A stretch of 53,847 nucleotides of DNA, the filler included, from Asterionella formosa (Eukaryota), in assembly GCA_002256025.1 (NCBI GenBank). It is 4 parts of 4 records of this genome, joined end to end, with 100 filler letters (N's around TTAATTAATTAA, not from the genome) between each part and the next. Parts side by side here need not be neighbours in the genome. Positions count along the whole stretch, not along the records: positions 13,491 to 26,880 come from NKIB01006732.1; positions 26,981 to 40,360 come from NKIB01006733.1; 2 more parts are not named here. One strand, 5' to 3'. This document shows, in pieces, positions 24,521-37,699 of this stretch. The notes under the pieces were generated by a model. The model worked only from the letters and a program-made list of their open reading frames with translations. It was not told where the DNA came from and did not search any database. Position 1 is the first letter of the stretch. Each line of letters starts with the position of its first letter. A program made the position numbers and the translations under genes.

Positions 24521-26390
24521 TTACGACGCAATCTGGACAATGATCAAATAGAACACTGGCGCACAAGGATTCTATATAACGACGACGAGCTCCTTCATTT
24601 AGAGTATAGTGAGTGTATAACAACTGGTACCGGTAATAGTATGGTTTAGATATGAATGATCTTCTTTAATGTATGATCCTACACCGAGGATGGGCGACAC
24701 TAAAGGAACGACGAGCGAAGTGATGTGCTATTTTTGCGTTTGCTGTGTTGATCTCGGAGTAATTTTATGATACCCTTTTGTCGGTCTCGTTCGTATCATG
24801 ATTAATAGATTATCACAGGTGTACCTGGTACCAGTACCAGGTGCCAGCACCTGGTAGTATTGCGCGTTTCGTACATGTGCGGTATCATACGAAGCTATAT
24901 TGTGATGATTAAAGCTACTCGAAGTAGAGCAAATACCGGTTTACGTGCTACAGTTAGACTACTACAAGTAGTCTAAGTAGTCTATGCCATGCTGGAAACC
25001 TGTAACAAAGAATAAAACTAAAGCAAAATTGAGAATGATAATGAAATATTTGTAAGATCAAATACTTCAGCCTTTTGTTCAATGTTTTACTGTTAAACTT
25101 TGTTAAAGTAACCATTTCTTTGTTAATAGCTGTAAGCTTACTTGTCCAACTGTTTGTATTGTTAGCTTCAATGATAACTTGACTTGTCTTACATTTTAAG
25201 ATTCCAAACTAAAGTTGAAAGCAGATTTCACACTTTGCTAAAGCTAAAACTCCACAGATGAACTTTTCTCTGATTGTCGTCCATTGCAACAACTGTTCAT
25301 TCACAAACTAGATCTGTTTCCCCAGCACCATGATCACTCCAATGTCTTGGTTGCTCACACTTTACAAAAAGTGAATTGACATCTCATGTCAAAATCAAGA
25401 TTCATTCCATTGAAACATTGTTCATTCAAATATAATCATATTAAAATTTGATCAAATTGATCAAATCACATAAAATAGAATCCACGATTCAATATTTTGT
25501 CAAAACTTCACATGCGAGCTTCTATCACTGGATGCAAGTAACCTTATTTTCTGAAATAGTGGCATTAATTCATGTGAATTGACAAATTATTCGACTCATC
25601 GGTACATGAAATTTCGAAAATTGGCATGTGTTGTATGCTGCGGCTTAGATGATGTTTCTACTTTATAGGCTGCAAGCAATATCAAGAAGGACCTGGTGAC
25701 ATAAATATTCTGGACAACATTGCGTCATGTTTCAAGTTATGATTTTCAAGTACTATGGCAAGGAGAAGGAGAAACAAGATATCACACGACCAAGGTGACA
25801 GATGTATTTGGAAGATTATTCAATCTACTATTGCCAATCTGGTATGGAGTGCATACCAGGTACAGTCTAAGCCTCCTACCAGGTACCCTGTACTAAGTCT
25901 ATGCACAAGTACAGATGGCGATAAATAACTTCTTGGATCATTATGAAACATCATCCAGAGCAAATCCACAAATCATCAGATAAAGTTGACGTCCAAAAAA
26001 TGACCAACCATCGTCAACATTTATAGGAAAAAGAGATCATTTTCCTCTCTTTGGCAATGGCGATCAGCCATTCTACAAACTGCAAATAGTGGAAAAGAAT
26101 AGCGCTCTCCAGGACCTTACCCAGTACCAGGTACTCAGAGTTCCACCAAAAAATGAGAGCCAACATTCAATCACCACATCATTTTTTTCTTATATGATGA
26201 AATTCGAACCAAGTAAGAATTTTATTGTAGAGAATAGAAAAGGAATCGCTTATCATGTAATCAGTTCTAAAGTAGAGCATACACCAGTTATGGAGGTCTA
26301 AGCCAATTTAGCTATGTCACACATTTTGATTTAAAAAGCTATCTGTCATAACATATTTTTTACATAAACAAAAGCCAAGACAGGGTTGAT

Positions 26391-26593
26391 CTTGAATTGT
26401 AAGTTACCATTACTTTTTATTGGAACTTATGACCTTGTTTTGGGATGACAGCCAAAACCCAATACAAACCTTGAATTGTAAACTATCATCACCTTGTATT
26501 GGGATGGGATGTAGTACAGCCAAAACCCAATATGGGGACATCCTTGACATGTAAATTATCTTCACCTTGTATTTGAACTTGTGACCTTGTATT
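26391..26593. repeat. Degenerate tandem repeat of about 79 bp (about 2.5 units)
   Basis: CTTGA(A/C)(T/A)TGTAA recurs at about 26391, 26470 and 26543. ACAGCCAAAACCCAATA occurs twice. Confidence 0.75.
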
Positions 26594-27089
26594 GTTCGGA
26601 TGTGTCAAAGGTGCACTCCAAGTACCTGGTACCGGGTTCTGAGGAGAAGCATACCTACCTGGCACGACGTGCGAGTTTACAGGACGAAACGCTCAAAAAT
26701 TTGGCCCCCTCCCGGTCATTTTGAGAACTCATGTCGGATCAATAAGCACCACATAACACCTTTTTGTGAGCAATAAGCATTTTCTTTTGTGCCTGATGGA
26801 AGATAGATTTGTCTTCTTAATCCGTTAGAGTGACATTTGAATTTTTCGACGAAGGATTCATGTCGACGACAGTCAACGGANNNNNNNNNNNNNNNNNNNN
26901 NNNNNNNNNNNNNNNNNNNNNNNNTTAATTAATTAANNNNNNNNNNNNNNNNNNNNNNNNNNNNNNNNNNNNNNNNNNNNCTTATGCTGAACGCATGATT
27001 TAGTACGAATTTTTCGGCCGGCCAGCAGCACGCAACCCGACACATACGTCATCACCTCTCTTGACATCGACTTCCCCGATGCATGCCAT

Positions 27090-27270
27090 CCGTACCAGTA
27101 CCGTAGCTGATACCTTGTACTGGTACCAGGTACTGGTATATACCAATACCGGTAAGTAGAGGAATGCAACCTGGCACCTGGTACCAGGTACCAGGCCCTT
27201 GGTACAGGTAGCCTAAGGGACCATTTACGGTACCTCCAGGGTTCAAGGTACCTGGTACCCTGGTACTGGA
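27090..27270. repeat. Cluster of palindromic GTACC(A/T)GGTAC simple repeats
   Basis: Dense run such as CTGGTACCAGGTACTGG, CCTGGTACCAGGTACCAGG and GGTACCTGGTACCCTGGTAC. The same motif is scattered through the non-coding DNA of the window. Confidence 0.8.
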
Positions 27271-27546
27271 ACACTGGTGTGGCAACAACATGCATAAGCC
27301 GGTACGATTGTTCGTCCCATCGTAAAAGCAGGATACATATGAAACGCCCTGCCAACGTTTCTGTTGATGTCGACGTCTCTGATTCTTGACTGAAATTACT
27401 CTAAGAGCAACCTCCATCCATGGCTCCATAGACTGTTAGCTTGCCTTGCCACTCGGAAGTTGCCGCAATCTTTCTCATCTTCAAATCTAGCTTCTCTCCT
27501 CTCTTAACATTATCGCCGCGCAGAACAGAATTGACAGCCTCTGCCA

Positions 27547-28711
27547 ATGTGTCGTATCCACAGTGAGACCTGCCATTTGAACACACGAACCAGTGCTAAG
27601 ACCCATGATTGTCCAGTTCATGGCGGCAGACACACACGTCGAAGACAGCGTCATTTCCCTCGATCGTGCACCTCATTGGCATATTTCTTTACACTCGCAA
27701 GTCTCATGAGCGGCGTGCTGGCCTTTCCAAGGACGAGCAAACTGTCGTCATTTCTGTTCCACATCAGACCGTTGCATGTTTGCACTCCGCAGAACTTCAA
27801 GTACCTCGAGACTCTGGCCAGTCCAGATTCCATTGTCGCATCGTGGGATCCTTTTCCTACCAAGCCGATAGCGACAACGTCGTGGGAAAGACTCTTTGAT
27901 CTGCAGCTGCCAGAAGGGCGGTGCATCGGCCTTGTGTTATCAGATGTTGACCCGTCGCACGCAGATGCCTTGACACCGGAGGGGATTGCTCATGCCAAGC
28001 ATTGGATTCATGACATGTTGCATCCTCAAGAAGTGTCCTTTGGAGTAGCTCAGCCATCGCATCATGCTCGGACGTCCTTCTTCCTGGGAAGGCTGGCCAT
28101 GCGAGAAGCTCTGCGACTAGAGCGGCATACTTCGAAAAGCATTTCTATTCTTAAGGATGAGCACGGACGTCCAACCGTTCCGAATGGATATCTGGGTTCT
28201 ATTAGTCACAAGGGTGCAACTGGAGTGGCATTGATCGCTACTACGACAGAGGAGCACCTGGCAACAGGAATTGGCATTGATATTGAGCAAACATTTTCGG
28301 GGCGACGAAGCATCGCCCCACGAGTTTTGACGGAACGAGAACAAGGTGAACTAGGACGAATCGATGGTGTGACAGCGGATGAGGAAGTGTTACTAAGATT
28401 CAGGTATGTTTATGTATCTCAGTTTTTTCGACTGCACTGCTTTCAGTCATTGTTGTAATCCCCGACTAATTGGCGTGTCATTTTTCCCCTTTAGCATGAA
28501 AGAGAGTCTCTACAAGGCTATGCATCCGTTAATTTGCCAATATGTGGGGTTTCAAGAAGCAGAAGTTACTCCGCATGTGGATGGAACTGCAACAGTGGTC
28601 TGGAACCTCAAGTCTGGGGCACATACACGATTTGGTGTCGTTACCACTCACTGGCGTCGGCTGGGGGAATACTTTCTGACTAGCGCAAGTGTGACTCTCA
28701 ACGAGAAATAG
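27547..28711 (+). CDS. 4'-phosphopantetheinyl transferase (EntD/Sfp-like); join(27547..28403,28495..28711), start uncertain
   Basis: FFLGRLAMREAL, GRPTVP..GSISHK, GIGIDIE and the spliced LLRFSMKESLYKA. Intron GTATGT..TTAG at 28404-28494 has a CTAAT branch point. A signal-like segment LAYFFTLASLMSGVLA-FPR lies near the N-terminus. Confidence 0.9.
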
Positions 28712-29793
28712 ATGCGCAATAAGAAGAAGTGCACAACAAATTAGATCATTCCAAATCATTGTAAAGCATTATTAATATAGAATGCATAAATCTTTTTTAC
28801 AAACAGACGGTGCTAATAAGATACCGGAATACTGTTATTAAACTGATTATATATATATATGATTGGTTAGAGATGTTGTTGCAATTGTTCCCAATCTATT
28901 GGGAGCTTGCTTTCCCCAAAGAGGAAGACGTGATGACGTTTCTACCATTCATGTTGTGCCCCTGGCAGCAAGAACAATGACTCATGTCCATCCCCTTTGT
29001 CGACCAAATATATTGATTCACTTGTGACAGAGATTGATAAATACTATAGATAAGCAGGGAAGTGTAGCAATTATTTTAAAACTATGATTATCACTATGTA
29101 CTTTCGGTGCAAACATTGGCAACTCATAGACTTACCAGCATGTATACCCATGTGAAGAATATACATAGCATCAATGGCTATCATTAGTCATGAGGACTGT
29201 GTGGACTAGACTATTGTCCAATGAATCAAATGATGCATTCCCTCCCATGTCAGGAAGCTTGCTAACAAAACTTATGTTTCAGATCAATCAAAAGAAGGCT
29301 TGCATCAACAAAATGGGAACACAAAGAACAGGTTCACAATGTGTGATGAGTGGGATTGAAACTAGGTTTAATTTTCAGCTTACAGTTAAGAAACAGTGAG
29401 AATTACATTTGTGCATGGGGCGGGGCTGGTAGAAGAATGCTCCCCATTCCGGTATTCATCTTGTCATGTGACTCGCTCGTTTTCACACCTGGCTGTGTTG
29501 CTGTCTCCCCTACCACCCATCGTCGGCGGGAGGACGACGAGGAATGCGCGGAAGAAGACGGTTCGTACATATCAAAAAATTAGCTAGATTGCTCTTTTTC
29601 CGCAACTTACAAGTAGAGTATTACCTGGTATGTCATACATTCAGTTCGTAGGATGTTGGATAAAGAACGACGAAGGAGAATATGGCGCGCGAAGGGGGCT
29701 GAACGATTGCGGTGCACATCATTTTGCTTAATTAATTCATCACAACGGAAGGCAACACCGCCGGATAGTTATTCCGCACCATTCCTGACCACC

Positions 29794-32700
29794 ATGGCTC
29801 CCATGACGATGGATGAGACGAAGATGTCTCCTAAAGAAGACGAAGATGAATCGGATGTCGAAATGGAAGGTATGTAGGTTGAGAAACAAACAAGGACAGA
29901 AACAAGGGATTGCACGTAGTTGTTGTCTCTCCAATGCTGACGCCCATTGTCACTTTCTAACACACAGGCATCGAAGTGGATGAAGGAGAAGAGCAAGCCT
30001 TGGATGCAGAAGACACTACTGTTTCTCTTGTAGCAGCGGCAGAGAATGACGATGTTGTAGAGGAGTTGGCCAAGGCCGAGGACAAGGAACTCGAGGCTGC
30101 TCGAAAGGAACGATTGGAATTGATCGCTTCCGAACTCCAACAAAGTAAGATTAAGTCACAACCAGCTGCAAGTGCACAAGAAAGACTACAATACTTACTG
30201 GCCCAGTCAGATGTCTTTGCGCACTTCCTGGCGGGATCTGTGGCTGCGACGGACAAGAAAGGCAAGAAGAAGGGATCCCGTGGCAAATCGGGTCGAATGA
30301 CGGAAGCAGAAGAAGACGAGCAGCTCTTGAAATCGGCCCAGTCCGCTCGTCGTACCATTAGAGTTGACAAGCAGCCTTCCATTCTTTCACCGCACTGCAA
30401 AATGCACGGATATCAGCTGGAAGGCTTGAATTGGTTGATCAAGCTTCACGATCACGGGATTAACGGGATCTTGGCGGACGAGATGGTGAGTGATAGGCTG
30501 CTGCTCCTCTCCAGTTTTTTACTATCTATCAATGACAAGGCCTAATATTTCCCTCTTTGATATCGGCACTGATCACAGGGTCTCGGAAAAACACTACAAA
30601 CCATTTCCCTTCTGGCGTACCTACGCGAATATCGCGGGGTGAAGGGACCTCACCTTGTCATTGTTCCCAAGTCTGTGGTTGGAAATTGGATTAAGGAGTT
30701 CAAAAATTGGTGCCCTAGCATAAGGGCTATTCGTATGGGTGGTACGAAAGATGAGCGACTCAAGATTGTCACCGAAGAACTTACTGCGGCCCCAGCCACT
30801 GGAAAACACAAGTTTGATGTTCTTGTTACATCGTACGAAGGAATATTAAAAGAAAAGGGAAAGCTACTAAAGATCAATTGGCAGTATCTGATCATTGATG
30901 AAGCACATCGTATAAAGAATGAAAACTCGTCCTTGTCCAAATGCGTACGCACGATGCAAACCAAGTTTCGTGTCCTCATCACAGGAACTCCATTACAGGT
31001 ACGTTGCAACAAGGAAGATAAGGATGAACGTTCACTTCTTTAAACCAAAAACTAATATTCTCTTCTCTCAATAAAGAATAATCTGCATGAGTTGTGGGCA
31101 TTGCTAAATTTTCTTTTGCCTGATATCTTTGGCGATGCTGAACAATTCGACGAATGGTTCAGTCTTTCCGACAGCGCTGGTCAAGAAAATGTTATCAAAA
31201 AGCTACACACCGTCTTGCGACCATTCATGCTTAGACGCGTTAAGAAAGACGTCGCATGTGACCTGCCACCAAAGAAGGAAACAAAGCTTTACATTGGCTT
31301 GACCGCAATGCAGCAGGACTGGTATACCAGAGTCTTGACGAAGGATGCATTTGAACTGAATGCTCTTGGGGGACCGGAGAAAAACCGCCTCCTGAACATT
31401 CTCATGCAACTCAGAAAGGTATGCAATCATCCTTATCTCTTTGATGGAGCTGAGCCAGGTCCTCCGTACAGTGACGGACCTCACCTTTGGGAAAGCTCGG
31501 GTAAGATGATGCTTCTGCACAAGCTCCTTCCAAAACTTAAGGCGAATGGCTCTCGTATTCTTATTTTTAGCCAGATGACTCGTGTTCTAGATATCCTTGA
31601 GGACTACTTTCGCTTTATCGGTCACGAGTACTGCAGAATTGATGGGAACACAGAAGGAGAAAAACGTGATTCGCAGATCAATGAGTTCAATGAGGAGGGA
31701 TCAACGAAATTTGCTTTTCTACTTTCCACTCGTGCTGGAGGACTTGGAATTAATCTTGCTACTGCTGATATTGTTATTCTCTATGACAGTGATTGGAACC
31801 CACAAGTTGATTTGCAGGCGTAAGTCGAACAAGCATATCTATGTGAATTCTAACTTCTTCCCTCACAACGAATTTTTTGTTGTTTTACAGCATGGACCGA
31901 GCCCATCGTATCGGCGCAAAGAAGTTAGTGCAAGTGTTCCGCTTTGTCTCTGAAGGAACTGTTGAAGAAAAAATCATCGAGCGCGCCGACCGAAAGCTTT
32001 TTCTCGATGCAGCTGTTATTCAACAAGGCAGACTTGCGGAGCAAAATACATCACTTCAGAAAGAGGAGCTCATGAAGATGGTTCGATTTGGGGCCGACCA
32101 GATTATGAACAAGAAAGGTGGCACTTATAGTGACGAGGACATTGATGCATTGATTGCCAAAGGAGAGGAGAAGACGAGTGAAATGCAAGCCAAACTGGAA
32201 ACTGATGCCAAACATAGCCTAGCCAATTTCTCGTTGCTAGCAGAAGATGAAACGGGGATCGATACGTTTTCCTTCGATGGCAAGAATTATCGCGATTCAG
32301 AAAAAAGCAATGCCGGAAATTTCATCAACTTACCGCAACGTCAAAGGAAGCGAAATTATGACGTCAATGAGTACTTCCGTGATGCCATGAATACTGGTGG
32401 TTCTAGTGGAATGAAAGCGCACGCTGCGGATGCAGCAACCAAGAAGAGACGGAAAGGACCAGCTGTTCATGATTTCCAACTTTTCGACAAGGAACGTCTT
32501 AATCAGATTGACGAGCTTGAGCGTGAGATCGGCTCGAAGAAGGAAGAGGCGATAAATACTATCAAGGAGCTCAGAATGAAGTCCAAGGATGCGCCAACAA
32601 TTTCGGAAGGTGGGGCGCGTGGGCAATGCAAGGAAGAGCTCATTAAGTTAGCCGATGAAATGGAGCGCCAGCTTGATTGCTACAAGATGTCTGATGAAGA

Positions 32701-33478
32701 TCAGGCCGAGAAACAAAGCCTGCTTGCAGAGGGTTTCCCAGACTGGTCAAGAAAAGACTACAAGTACTTTGTTGCAAGTGTGGAGCGCCATGGCCGATAC
32801 AATTTGCGAAACATTATCGCCGATGTAGTGGACAAATGTGGGAAAGAAGAAAAAGAAGTAAAGAAATATTTTGTTGCTTTCTGGACTACGTATCGCAGAA
32901 TTGGCGAGTGGAAAAAGATCTTGGAGCGTATTGAGAAAGGGGAGAAAAAGATTTTGAGATTACGTCAAATTCGTGATTCTATTCAAGAAAAAGTTGAGCG
33001 CCATCTCGAGGAGACATTCGTAGATTTTTACACTGATGAACACGAAGGTAAGGAAAGGCTTAAGCAGATGCCTTCGGTTGGCGAGCTCCTTCACTATTCT
33101 TGGCCAAAGATGAAGGTTAATTACGGATCAGGTTTTAGAGGACGATCATACCAGGAGGACGAGGACGCCTTTCTGATCTGCATGATGCACCGTCATGGTT
33201 ACGGTGCTGCTGAACGAATCCGAATGGAAATCCGTCGTGCCTGGCAATTCCGTTTCGATTGGTATTTCAAATCACGGAATGCAATGGAAATTCAGAAGCG
33301 ATGTGATTTTCTAGTCCGAGTCATTGAAAGAGAGAATGACGAGTTGCAAAAGAAAGAGCAGCTAGCACTTGCGCCTGTTGCAGAGGATGCCACCACAGAC
33401 GAGAAGGTGACAAGCGGCGTCATTTCAGCGATGGCAACAATTCCGTCGACACCTACTGTAGCAGTCCCTAAGGATTGA
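29794..33478 (+). CDS. ISWI: ISWI/SNF2H (SMARCA5-like) chromatin-remodelling ATPase; join(29794..29869,29968..30485,30579..30998,31077..31819,31891..33478)
   Basis: [57 protein letters not shown] and [19 protein letters not shown]-terminal HAND/SANT/SLIDE-like [19 protein letters not shown] and [11 protein letters not shown]. Four canonical GT-AG introns restore the frame. Confidence 0.97.
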
Positions 33479-33630
33479 TTCTTTGGTATCTATAAATAAT
33501 AGAGTTTCTTGTCCATTATAACTAGCAAATATCAAAATATGGTGCTCATGGCCACTTTCAAAGCGCCTTAAGTACGGCGTGATCATTTTATCAAGTGTGA
33601 AGTCTATGTAGCTCAAGCGGTATTTCCGCC

Positions 33631-34380
33631 CTACAGGGCCCCACCCACTACTACCGCCTGGCGATGCAATGTTGGTTCGATTGCTTCCTTCACAAGAAAC
33701 CTTGCCAGGTCCATTTTGGAAATTTCATTTCCCACTCTGTCAACAAATTTCTTTTGCTGGACCCAGTAACAGCCTTGTGGCATGGATTCGTTCGTAAGCA
33801 CACTTCGTGCAATAGCATAATCTAATTGGGAAGCGATTGTTCCGTGCTGCACTAATTGCTCTGCGCCTTTCAGGTCTTGATATTGACTCCAACATACAGT
33901 TCGAAAGAAGCCAGCGAGTAAGTCCCCTTGTCTACATCCTTCCATTGGGGGCCAATCATTGCCGATCCCAACCGAGGAAAGTAGCACGAGGCGCTTGCAT
34001 CCCCATTGGTGCATCGCTAGGATCAGTTGCTCCGTGCCTAGTTTTGCGACAATATCAGGGTGGAAGGGTAGGCGATTCCCTAAGCAGGAAATTACTGCAT
34101 CAACTCCCTCCAGGAACGGCGCAAGGTTGTCCGTGGAGCAATCAGCTTGATTCATTTCGAGTCGCGTTCGGTCTGTTGTTGTTATATGATGCCTACTACA
34201 ACCGCAGTTCCAGTTGCCATGCTCGAGGGTTGTGGGATTGCTCGATATTACCCTGACAGTCCTTACGACAGACGGCGCCATTTCCAGCGCCACGGCGACT
34301 GCGTGCCTGCCAACATCGCCAAGATCGCCGGTCGAAAATAAGATCACTATAACTTTTCCTGTTTCGTCAGTTGAGGTCAT
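33631..34380 (-). CDS. NAD(P)-binding Rossmann-fold protein (flavin reductase/BLVRB-like)
   Basis: TGDLGDVGR, GVDAVISCLG, LVLLSSVGIG, LDYAIAR and ISKMDLARFL. Start probably MTSTDE at 34380; the upstream ORF extension is repeat-derived. Confidence 0.85.
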   Translation of the reverse strand: MTSTDETGKVIVILFSTGDLGDVGRHAVAVALEMAPSVVRTVRVISSNPTTLEHGNWNCGCSRHHITTTDRTRLEMNQADCSTDNLAPFLEGVDAVISCLGNRLPFHPDIVAKLGTEQLILAMHQWGCKRLVLLSSVGIGNDWPPMEGCRQGDLLAGFFRTVCWSQYQDLKGAEQLVQHGTIASQLDYAIARSVLTNESMPQGCYWVQQKKFVDRVGNEISKMDLARFLVKEAIEPTLHRQAVVVGGAL

Positions 34381-36626
34381 CAGAAATGTTTCAATTGTGT
34401 GCGGTGAAATGGAGGAAACAACTACCGTTATTATCTCTACATAAATACCGGTATTGTACTCCGACTGCCAGGTACCGGGTGGTATACCGGTATACACTCT
34501 ATATGTAGACTGCAGCCGTCTGTGATTTGCTTCTAGTGGGGAATTGAATACATAGCCTGCACAGAAATTTGCTTAGCAAGCTGCTCTTTAAATCTTGCGT
34601 TCTTTTGTTGAAGAACACGTTCTCCTTCTGAGAGTAAACAATCTTTGAAGGCAGAACGCAAGTTTTGAATTTCATTGGATTATGAAAATTTGTATGTAGC
34701 ATTTGAGGTACCTGGTACATAATAGAACTCTTGTTATAAAAACTCCCTCTGTTCCAGTATACATACGGGTATACCTGTACCAGGGTAGTTGTGTCCAACC
34801 TTTTTGTGCTGTTTCATGAAGCGAAAGCTCCAATATTTATTTATAACCAATTCATTTATAGCAGCCCCTCCTGTTCGAAAATTATTCTGAATCGAATGGC
34901 GTATATAATATCTTCAGCTTCTCCTGTTTAAGTCCTTTTTTTGAACCAGGCACTATGCAACCCAGTGCAACCCAAAGAACTCCACACCAGTTGAGGCTCA
35001 ACAATGCATATTTAAAAATTTTATACCATTTATGTTTTCAGTCATCTCTGAACATTCAAACTTGATTTTACTTTTTTGGCATGACATTTTTCTTAAAAAA
35101 TTGTGCCCCTCCAGGAAAATGGTTGGTGAGTCCCCTTTCCTCTGACCCTTTGACAACCAAGAAGAGGCAATAGAAAAAAGATATGATACCAGAAAAACAT
35201 GGATACATTGTTGATTGTTCGCTTTGTAACTTCAAAAGGGAGGCTGATGGGATGGTCAAAATGGGCGGCCAGCTTGTCATAAATCTGGGCAAGCAAGCAC
35301 AAAACTTTGGCTATATTATTTGCCAAGAAGGAGTTTTGCATCAAGTTTTTTCAGAAATGCATGCTCATCAATTTATTTTGCTTATTTTGTTTTCGTACTC
35401 TTTTCTGATATATGCACATTGATGCATGTAAACGGAATGTCAGTAAGCTGATCAACAAAATTAAATAACCCTACTAAAAGTCCATATGTATCACTATTCC
35501 AGCTTTTTCTTGCCTCAATAAGCTAGTCTAACCAAAGCACCTGTAGCCTGCATCGTGCATCGTCTAGCATAGATGGGCCTTGGATTGCAAATAAGGACGG
35601 AAAGAAACAATAACCCAGAAGTGAGAACACAAAGATTGGGATAGCCTCGATGTGAATGGCCTTTTGCATTCATCTGTTTTATGTCGTCTTGAAATAATGA
35701 ATCTTTGGGGAGGATTCATGTGTTACAATATGATTTTGGGTGGGAGGGTCAATGAGATAGCAGTCATTGAAAGCAAACATGACCATGATGACATCATATT
35801 GAATGAAAATGCAAGAATGCAACTTCAAAGACATTTGGAATGATGTTGTTATGTATGATTCACCTCCTTCCAACTCACCTGCTGACAGCAATCAACAAAA
35901 GCATAGTATTTCTGGAGTAATTTGATTGGTGACCCTCTGGAGATGCTAGAATTTTTTGCACCACCAAACAGTAAAACTTCAATTGTGACGAGAAGGATGT
36001 TGGAAAGAATAAAATTACATGACTCAGTGAACATGAGTACAAGCAATTGGAGACTCCTTTTCAAGGAGAGACAAAAGGAAGATGCATTTATGATGTTTTG
36101 ATCATTCAACCAAGAAGTATGTACCTGGTAATAGTAATTCAAAAGTTTTTGAGTGCTGAGTAACAAAGGGGTACAACATGGATTTGGCATCACTTCATTA
36201 CGCACACTATTTGTACAGTAAAATCTACTAAAATTGGGACTCTACATAGGTGGCATCTACAACTCACGATAAGTTTAGACAATACAGCAGGCAAGCTTCA
36301 AATAGAGGCTCATGGCGAATAGATGTAATTTTTTGACAGACGTGACTTTTCATAGAGTTCGACAAATGAGGTAGGTACAAATTACAGTTAAACTGAGAAG
36401 GCATGTTAAATGTATTTCAGTACAAAGTGTCCATATTGGCTTCACACAGCGTAATAGTTGCAAGATGTGGCAACCAACGTTTGTGTACATGCTATAATTC
36501 ACTTGATTCTTACGTAGGCAATGACACGAATGTCGAGAACTTTCGTGAGCAACTTGAGTGTCCACCAATGGCTTATTGCTGGAACAGTAACGTAGTTCTG
36601 TGTTGGGAAAGTCAATATTCATTCTC

Positions 36627-37202
36627 CTAATGTAAGGAATCTCTATTTCCCACTGCGGAGCGTATCGACTTTGACACTAGATGTCCCATACATCGCTCAA
36701 TGGCTAGCTTCTCAGCACGACAAACACCACCATGACTAAATTTTCCAGTCTCAGTAATCTCCTTTACGACGTCAGGCCCTTCCAAATCCCAGCATCGCTG
36801 ATAACGTTCCGCCGTAGCTCTACAGTGCGTACCAATCAGACAACTTTTGTACTCGCGGTGAAGCATGGCAAATTGCCCCTTTTTCTGGTTGATTTTCGTT
36901 TTGGCTTCGTCTGGAGTAATAGTATCGTAGTTGGCGCGTTGTGCGTTTTCCCACGCTTCCCTGGAAGTTTCCATTTTTGATTTGTACGCCTTGCATGCAT
37001 GAATTATTTGATTCAGGTCGTTCCCTACAGGAGATTGGAAGAGCCGCGTTCGTTCCACATCGTCTAGAAGGACATCGTTTTTGATATTATTCAGCAGTTG
37101 AATGCTTGACTGTATTTTTGGAAAGTTCGGGTCGGGGATAGCCATGACGGGGAATCTCGCACTCGGTGGTAACCGTGGGGCATCGGGGGCCCTAGTAGCC
37201 AT
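36627..37202 (-). CDS. Hypothetical protein with twin CX9C (CHCH-like) motifs
   Basis: C-RATAERYQR-C and C-RAEKLAIER-C within a helical, natural-looking 191-aa ORF. Confidence 0.75.
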   Translation of the reverse strand: MATRAPDAPRLPPSARFPVMAIPDPNFPKIQSSIQLLNNIKNDVLLDDVERTRLFQSPVGNDLNQIIHACKAYKSKMETSREAWENAQRANYDTITPDEAKTKINQKKGQFAMLHREYKSCLIGTHCRATAERYQRCWDLEGPDVVKEITETGKFSHGGVCRAEKLAIERCMGHLVSKSIRSAVGNRDSLH

Positions 37203-37699
37203 TGCAGTGCCGGTTTCAAGAGCAGATGATGAATGAGGAACACAGACAGCACTCCTTTGCTTTTTCTGTATGGTCAGGTGAATTCGAATGGTAAGTAAAA
37301 TACCGGAATATTATCATCATTGCTGAGTACAGCTCTAGTGTATGTATTATAAATATACGAATAGTATATAAAAAATATTAAGTAAAGTTTATAGTACCCT
37401 GTAGCATGGGATGTGACCGACGGATCAACCCCGTTTCTAACACCCCTTGAAAAGAAATATACCCCAGCAATTGAAAAGAATAAGCTCACCATTGTTTCGC
37501 TCAAATCCGCTGACATCGAAAGCATAACTGAGAAAATGAAAGACCGGTTGGAGCAGTGCTGACTTCGAAAGCAAGCTCACTCAACCACAGAAAGACAATA
37601 CTGTGTTGTTTGATCTGAATAGGCCTTTTTCGAGAGCATAAAACCACACCCACCCACCCAGCAGAAATCTAGTCTACGGACATTAGTCACTGTGGTGGA

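Noticed and set aside
26933..27429. ORFs rich in YLVPG/WYQVPG (also 3639-3969, 12807-13232, 45806-46051)
   Set aside because: They are translations of the GTACCAGGTAC palindromic repeat, not proteins.
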